IMG/VR virus record: IMGVR_UViG_3300005613_000043
Length of the DNA: 64,000 nucleotides
From: a virus
Taxonomy: Duplodnaviria > Heunggongvirae > Uroviricota > Caudoviricetes
Strand: one strand, 5' to 3'
Made by a program: the position numbers and the translations under genes. Below the pieces are notes generated by a model. It saw only the letters and a list, made by a program, of their open reading frames with translations, did not search any database and was not told the origin of the DNA. Positions 60,725 through 64,000 of this stretch are shown here, piece by piece. Numbering within the stretch: the first letter of the stretch is position 1; each line of letters begins with the position of its first letter.

Positions 60725-61171
60725 TTAATCAACTTTATTTTTCATTTCTTTTTCAACTGCCATCATATCACAAAAATGTAATTTAATTGCTAACTTAGTG
60801 TGTTCACCGTTGAATGGGGAAAACCCCCCATGATGGAATTGAATGGCATTTAATTCCTCTTCGGTTAATCTGATTCCATACTCATAAAGCATAACTATAG
60901 TATGGAAATGATGGTCAACATCTGGTTTTCTATGCTTAATCTCGTTTCCATCCCAATAATATCTTCTTGCCTTGCCTAAATCATGAATCAATGCCATGAA
61001 ATGCAACTGGTCATCATCTGGAAAATATTTCTTAGCAAAATATAATGTGTTTTCCATATGTTGAATCAGTCCCCATTTAATATTATTATGATGTTTTCTA
61101 CATGCTGGTAAATCAGATATTTCATCTTTAAAATGTTTTATTATTTTCCTTGCCGATTCTTCATTTCTCAT
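60725..61171 (-). CDS. HD-domain phosphohydrolase
   Basis: H...HMENTLY, ALIHDLGK (HD), additional downstream His/Asp residues. Confidence 0.68.
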   Translation of the reverse strand: MRNEESARKIIKHFKDEISDLPACRKHHNNIKWGLIQHMENTLYFAKKYFPDDDQLHFMALIHDLGKARRYYWDGNEIKHRKPDVDHHFHTIVMLYEYGIRLTEEELNAIQFHHGGFSPFNGEHTKLAIKLHFCDMMAVEKEMKNKVD

Positions 61172-61746
61172 TTTAAATCCTCCATGAATCTTTTAAGTCT
61201 TTCAAAACCATGCTCATAGTCAACTTCTGGGAGATAGTGTGTCGGGGCTAAATCATGCCTTTCTAAATCTATGTAATGTTCAAACTTATGCTTGAATCCG
61301 TCATCTTCCATTCTCCTTACATCGTCACGGCTAATTCTATACGGCATGTGAGCAAGTGTTTCCCCCATTTGAATCATATCGGAATTATAATTAGTTCTAT
61401 ATCCTGTCAACGACAAACCCTCCATGGATTTTAAATGGTCGGGCGGTATTGGCTGATGTGAACATAAGAGAAAAAACTCATCACCAGATAATTCTGACGC
61501 TTTTGAAACACTTTGCCTAAATGTTGGCTCCCTGTCCAAAAAATCATAATCAAACCCGACCAAGAAAGGGATTAATGCTTCTCTTAATTCTGGTCTTGTG
61601 ACTATCAATAAATCATAACCATGCAAGGAATCTAATGTATAACTTATTAATGGTCTTCCCCCTATTTCCATAAACATTTTTGGTTTCATCGGGTCAGTGA
61701 TTCCCATTCTTTTTCCAAATCCCCCTGCCATTACCGCAACTATCAT
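61168..61746 (-). CDS. nucleotidyltransferase (sugar-phosphate / MobA-like NTP-transferase fold)
   Basis: N-terminal IVAVMAGGFGKRMG glycine-rich loop; 4-nt overlap with the HD gene. Confidence 0.6.
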   Translation of the reverse strand: MIVAVMAGGFGKRMGITDPMKPKMFMEIGGRPLISYTLDSLHGYDLLIVTRPELREALIPFLVGFDYDFLDREPTFRQSVSKASELSGDEFFLLCSHQPIPPDHLKSMEGLSLTGYRTNYNSDMIQMGETLAHMPYRISRDDVRRMEDDGFKHKFEHYIDLERHDLAPTHYLPEVDYEHGFERLKRFMEDLK

Positions 61747-62456
61747 TCAAATCCCTTTAAATTCTCAATTCATATGTCAATTTATCAGCTTTTTCTCATT
61801 CTATTATTGAACCATCTCTTGAAAGATAGCCTGACATCGTATTCCTCATCAACATGTTTTATGATTATCTTCTCCAAGTTTCTAATCTTATTCGAGAGAA
61901 TGTCTAATTTTCTTTCAACATTTTTTAACCTAACATTAGCCTCTTTGCTTCTCAGTTCGTATTCCATCTGCTTCTTCTCTAACAACTGCCTTAAGGATAG
62001 CTTATTGTAGTCTTTGATTAATTCCTCGTCTGATTTAACCTTTCGCAACTTTTCAGGAACGCTCCAGATTGCCATTTAAACACCTGATTTTTCATATTTC
62101 TCGGTGAATTTTTTAAGCAGAAACGCTCTTAATTTCGCATATTTAAGATACTCAGTTGGATTTTTAATCGCCAAAACAATTTCCCCTTTGGCTTGATTTA
62201 AATGAGAATTTAGAGTATGCTTTATAAAGTCGTTTAATTCTTTTTCCTTTAAATTTAACATATCTTCACCTATAGTTAGAATAGTAGAATTGCTTTTGAA
62301 CCTTAGTAAGTTTACTCCACTTCTCGTAAGCGTCTTTTAATTTCTTTTCAGTATTAATCAAATCATCCTCTTCAAGAAAGCCAAGCTTGTCTAAAGTATC
62401 GAGGTCTGCGGTGTGAAACCACCTGTCCATTTCAACTTCTCTTATCCTCCTGTCCA

Positions 62457-62840
62457 TCAGCAATCCCTTCCATACTCTTTATATTTTTCCCCATAAGTTT
62501 CTTTGGGTATAACGATTCCTTTGGTTGATTCTACCATGATTTCTGGAAAGCCAGTAATTACAATCCAAGCGTGATTAGAGCCGTCGGTTTCGTTAAACTC
62601 TTCGTAATCCCCATGAACATAGCAGGACTTATACCCTGCTTCGTTAAGCCTTCTTTGCAGTTCCCAGCTGTAATGACGGCATACGTAGTCTTTACTTGGC
62701 GGGTGTTCTTCGAGCAGATTCTCAGCTATTAAGTTAAAGTTAAAAGGACTGTCTGGACACTCAATATGAGTAATAGCATAAAAATACATTAGGGTTATTC
62801 CTAATGCGAATCCAATTATAAAACCGATTGTAAATTTCAT
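62457..62840 (-). CDS. membrane-anchored transglutaminase-core-like cysteine peptidase candidate
   Basis: N-terminal TM; YVCRHYSWELQRRLNEAGYKSCYVHG...GSNHAWIV fits the Transglut_core pattern GvCrdfA.l...llRa.GIpAR.V.G.....HaWvev. Confidence 0.4.
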   Translation of the reverse strand: MKFTIGFIIGFALGITLMYFYAITHIECPDSPFNFNLIAENLLEEHPPSKDYVCRHYSWELQRRLNEAGYKSCYVHGDYEEFNETDGSNHAWIVITGFPEIMVESTKGIVIPKETYGEKYKEYGRDC

Positions 62841-64000
62841 ATAATCATAATAAATTAAAACAAAAAAACCTATTGCAGTTTTAATTTACTTTTTATTACC
62901 CCTGACCCATATTTTATTGCAAGTCCAGACTAATCCTACGCCCATACACCAGTATTGAACAAGTATTGACGCTCCTTGGATTATATCTGTTACCCCTTTA
63001 ACTAATTCATACACGCTTAGCAAATTATCACCTCCTTTAACTACCTCGACCACGACCTCGACCAACGCCCCTCACTCAAAAAACAAATATTCATAAAATC
63101 CTCTCTTTTATCTAACATATACAACTAAAACAGTCAAACTTATATATTTTAATCTATGTGTTTTAGAATCAGTAAACAAATAAGACAAGCTAAACCCAAA
63201 TAAACTGTCCAGAAGATGTCGTAAAATAACTGACTTGGAAAGGTCGGATAGAGCGGATGATAAGATTCAATACCAAATAGTTCAACTAAATGAAGGCTAA
63301 AGTCCCAAAATATCATTAATAAGACTACTGTTACAGTTCTTATTTTCATTTAATCACTTTAATTCTTTAAAAACAAAATGACCACAATGCAAACATTGGT
63401 ATACTTTATAATCGTTTATCCAAATATCCCATTTTATATTTTTCATTCTTTTTTTACAATTTGGGCATTTCATACACTCATCCAAACACTTTAATGTAAT
63501 TCTTACAAGCTTTAAAAGACTTTGATTTAAACATAACTGTATAGTTTTTAATCACTTCATAAATTGGATTTTTTCGCTTTAAAAGCCCTTCTGTTCTATT
63601 CCAATAGTATTCATTTACTATTATGCTAAATATCCCATTATCGAAAATTATTTTAAATCCCATTTAATCAAACTCTTTTAAGACGTCCAACAAAATAGCT
63701 CTTATTTCTTCTTTTTTGATTTTTTTTGCTACCCTACCTATTAGCTCTGTTGCCTCGTCTTCTAATTCTCTGTGTGTGTAAATTGTTATGTCTTTTTTGT
63801 GTGTATTATCTCTTTTCCAAACCATAATTACCACAACCTCCTTATTTCTTTCTCTAAATCAAACCTATTGATTTCTACACTTTCTTGGTCTATTATCCAT
63901 TGTTTTAATTTTTCTATCCTTGAAACCATCTGCCATAACCTCTTTAAGATAAATTCCGAACAAGACACGAACGCCCATGAACGAAATGAACGGCACGAGT

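Noticed and set aside
1-64000. Integrated prophage with att sites and integrase
   Set aside because: No tyrosine/serine recombinase, no flanking direct repeats at the window edges and no host-like housekeeping genes were seen. Integration status cannot be determined from this window.

Overview
The window is a 64-kb, AT-rich (about one-third GC) stretch of a head-tail (terminase/portal/HK97-type) virus or provirus genome. No integrase, attachment site, rRNA or tRNA is visible.

Layout:
- 0-3.4 kb: signal-peptide, fibre/adhesin-like genes.
- 4.6-15.5 kb: head module. It runs TerL, portal, two unusual proteins (NTase plus LigD-phosphoesterase-like domains), protease/scaffold-like, major capsid, and a 980-aa Thr/Gly-rich fibre.
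- 17.1-18.4 kb: a GT2-glycosyltransferase/SAM-methyltransferase fusion.
- 18.4-20.6 kb (minus strand): an Sm-like protein and a D5/P4-type primase-helicase.
- 20.9-28.6 kb: neck/tail module. It has a tail-chaperone pair with an A8 slippery run needing a +1 shift, then a tape measure.
- 29.5-37.4 kb: large secreted, beta-helix/LamG and DNRLRE-like proteins that are extremely rich in N-x-S/T sequons.
- 37.5-64 kb (minus strand): mostly small Zn-ribbon and regulator genes plus larger ones. These include a DNA methyltransferase, an Hjc-like resolvase, an SPFH/NfeD-like pair, Alba, HD hydrolase, a sugar-type NTase, and a transglutaminase-core membrane protein.

Most striking observations:
1. A clamp-loader-family AAA+ ATPase gene (SRC motif). 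A full LAGLIDADG intein sits in its P-loop. The gene is also physically fractured into two genes by a split intein, with a free-standing PD-(D/E)xK homing-endonuclease gene in a third frame between the halves.
2. A Tnp_20-only (IS110 C-terminal-like, no DEDD domain) gene flanked on both sides by arrays of about 36-bp degenerate direct repeats with a GRCTCG core.
3. At least six homing-endonuclease-type genes of four families.

Several markers argue for an archaeal, possibly methanogen-like, host. These are Alba, Hjc-like and wHTH ArsR/TrmB-like proteins, a stand-alone LigD phosphoesterase domain, an RFC-like SRC motif, sequon enrichment on signal-peptide proteins, and a leaderless TATA-like promoter geometry. 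This host call is inference from sequence only.
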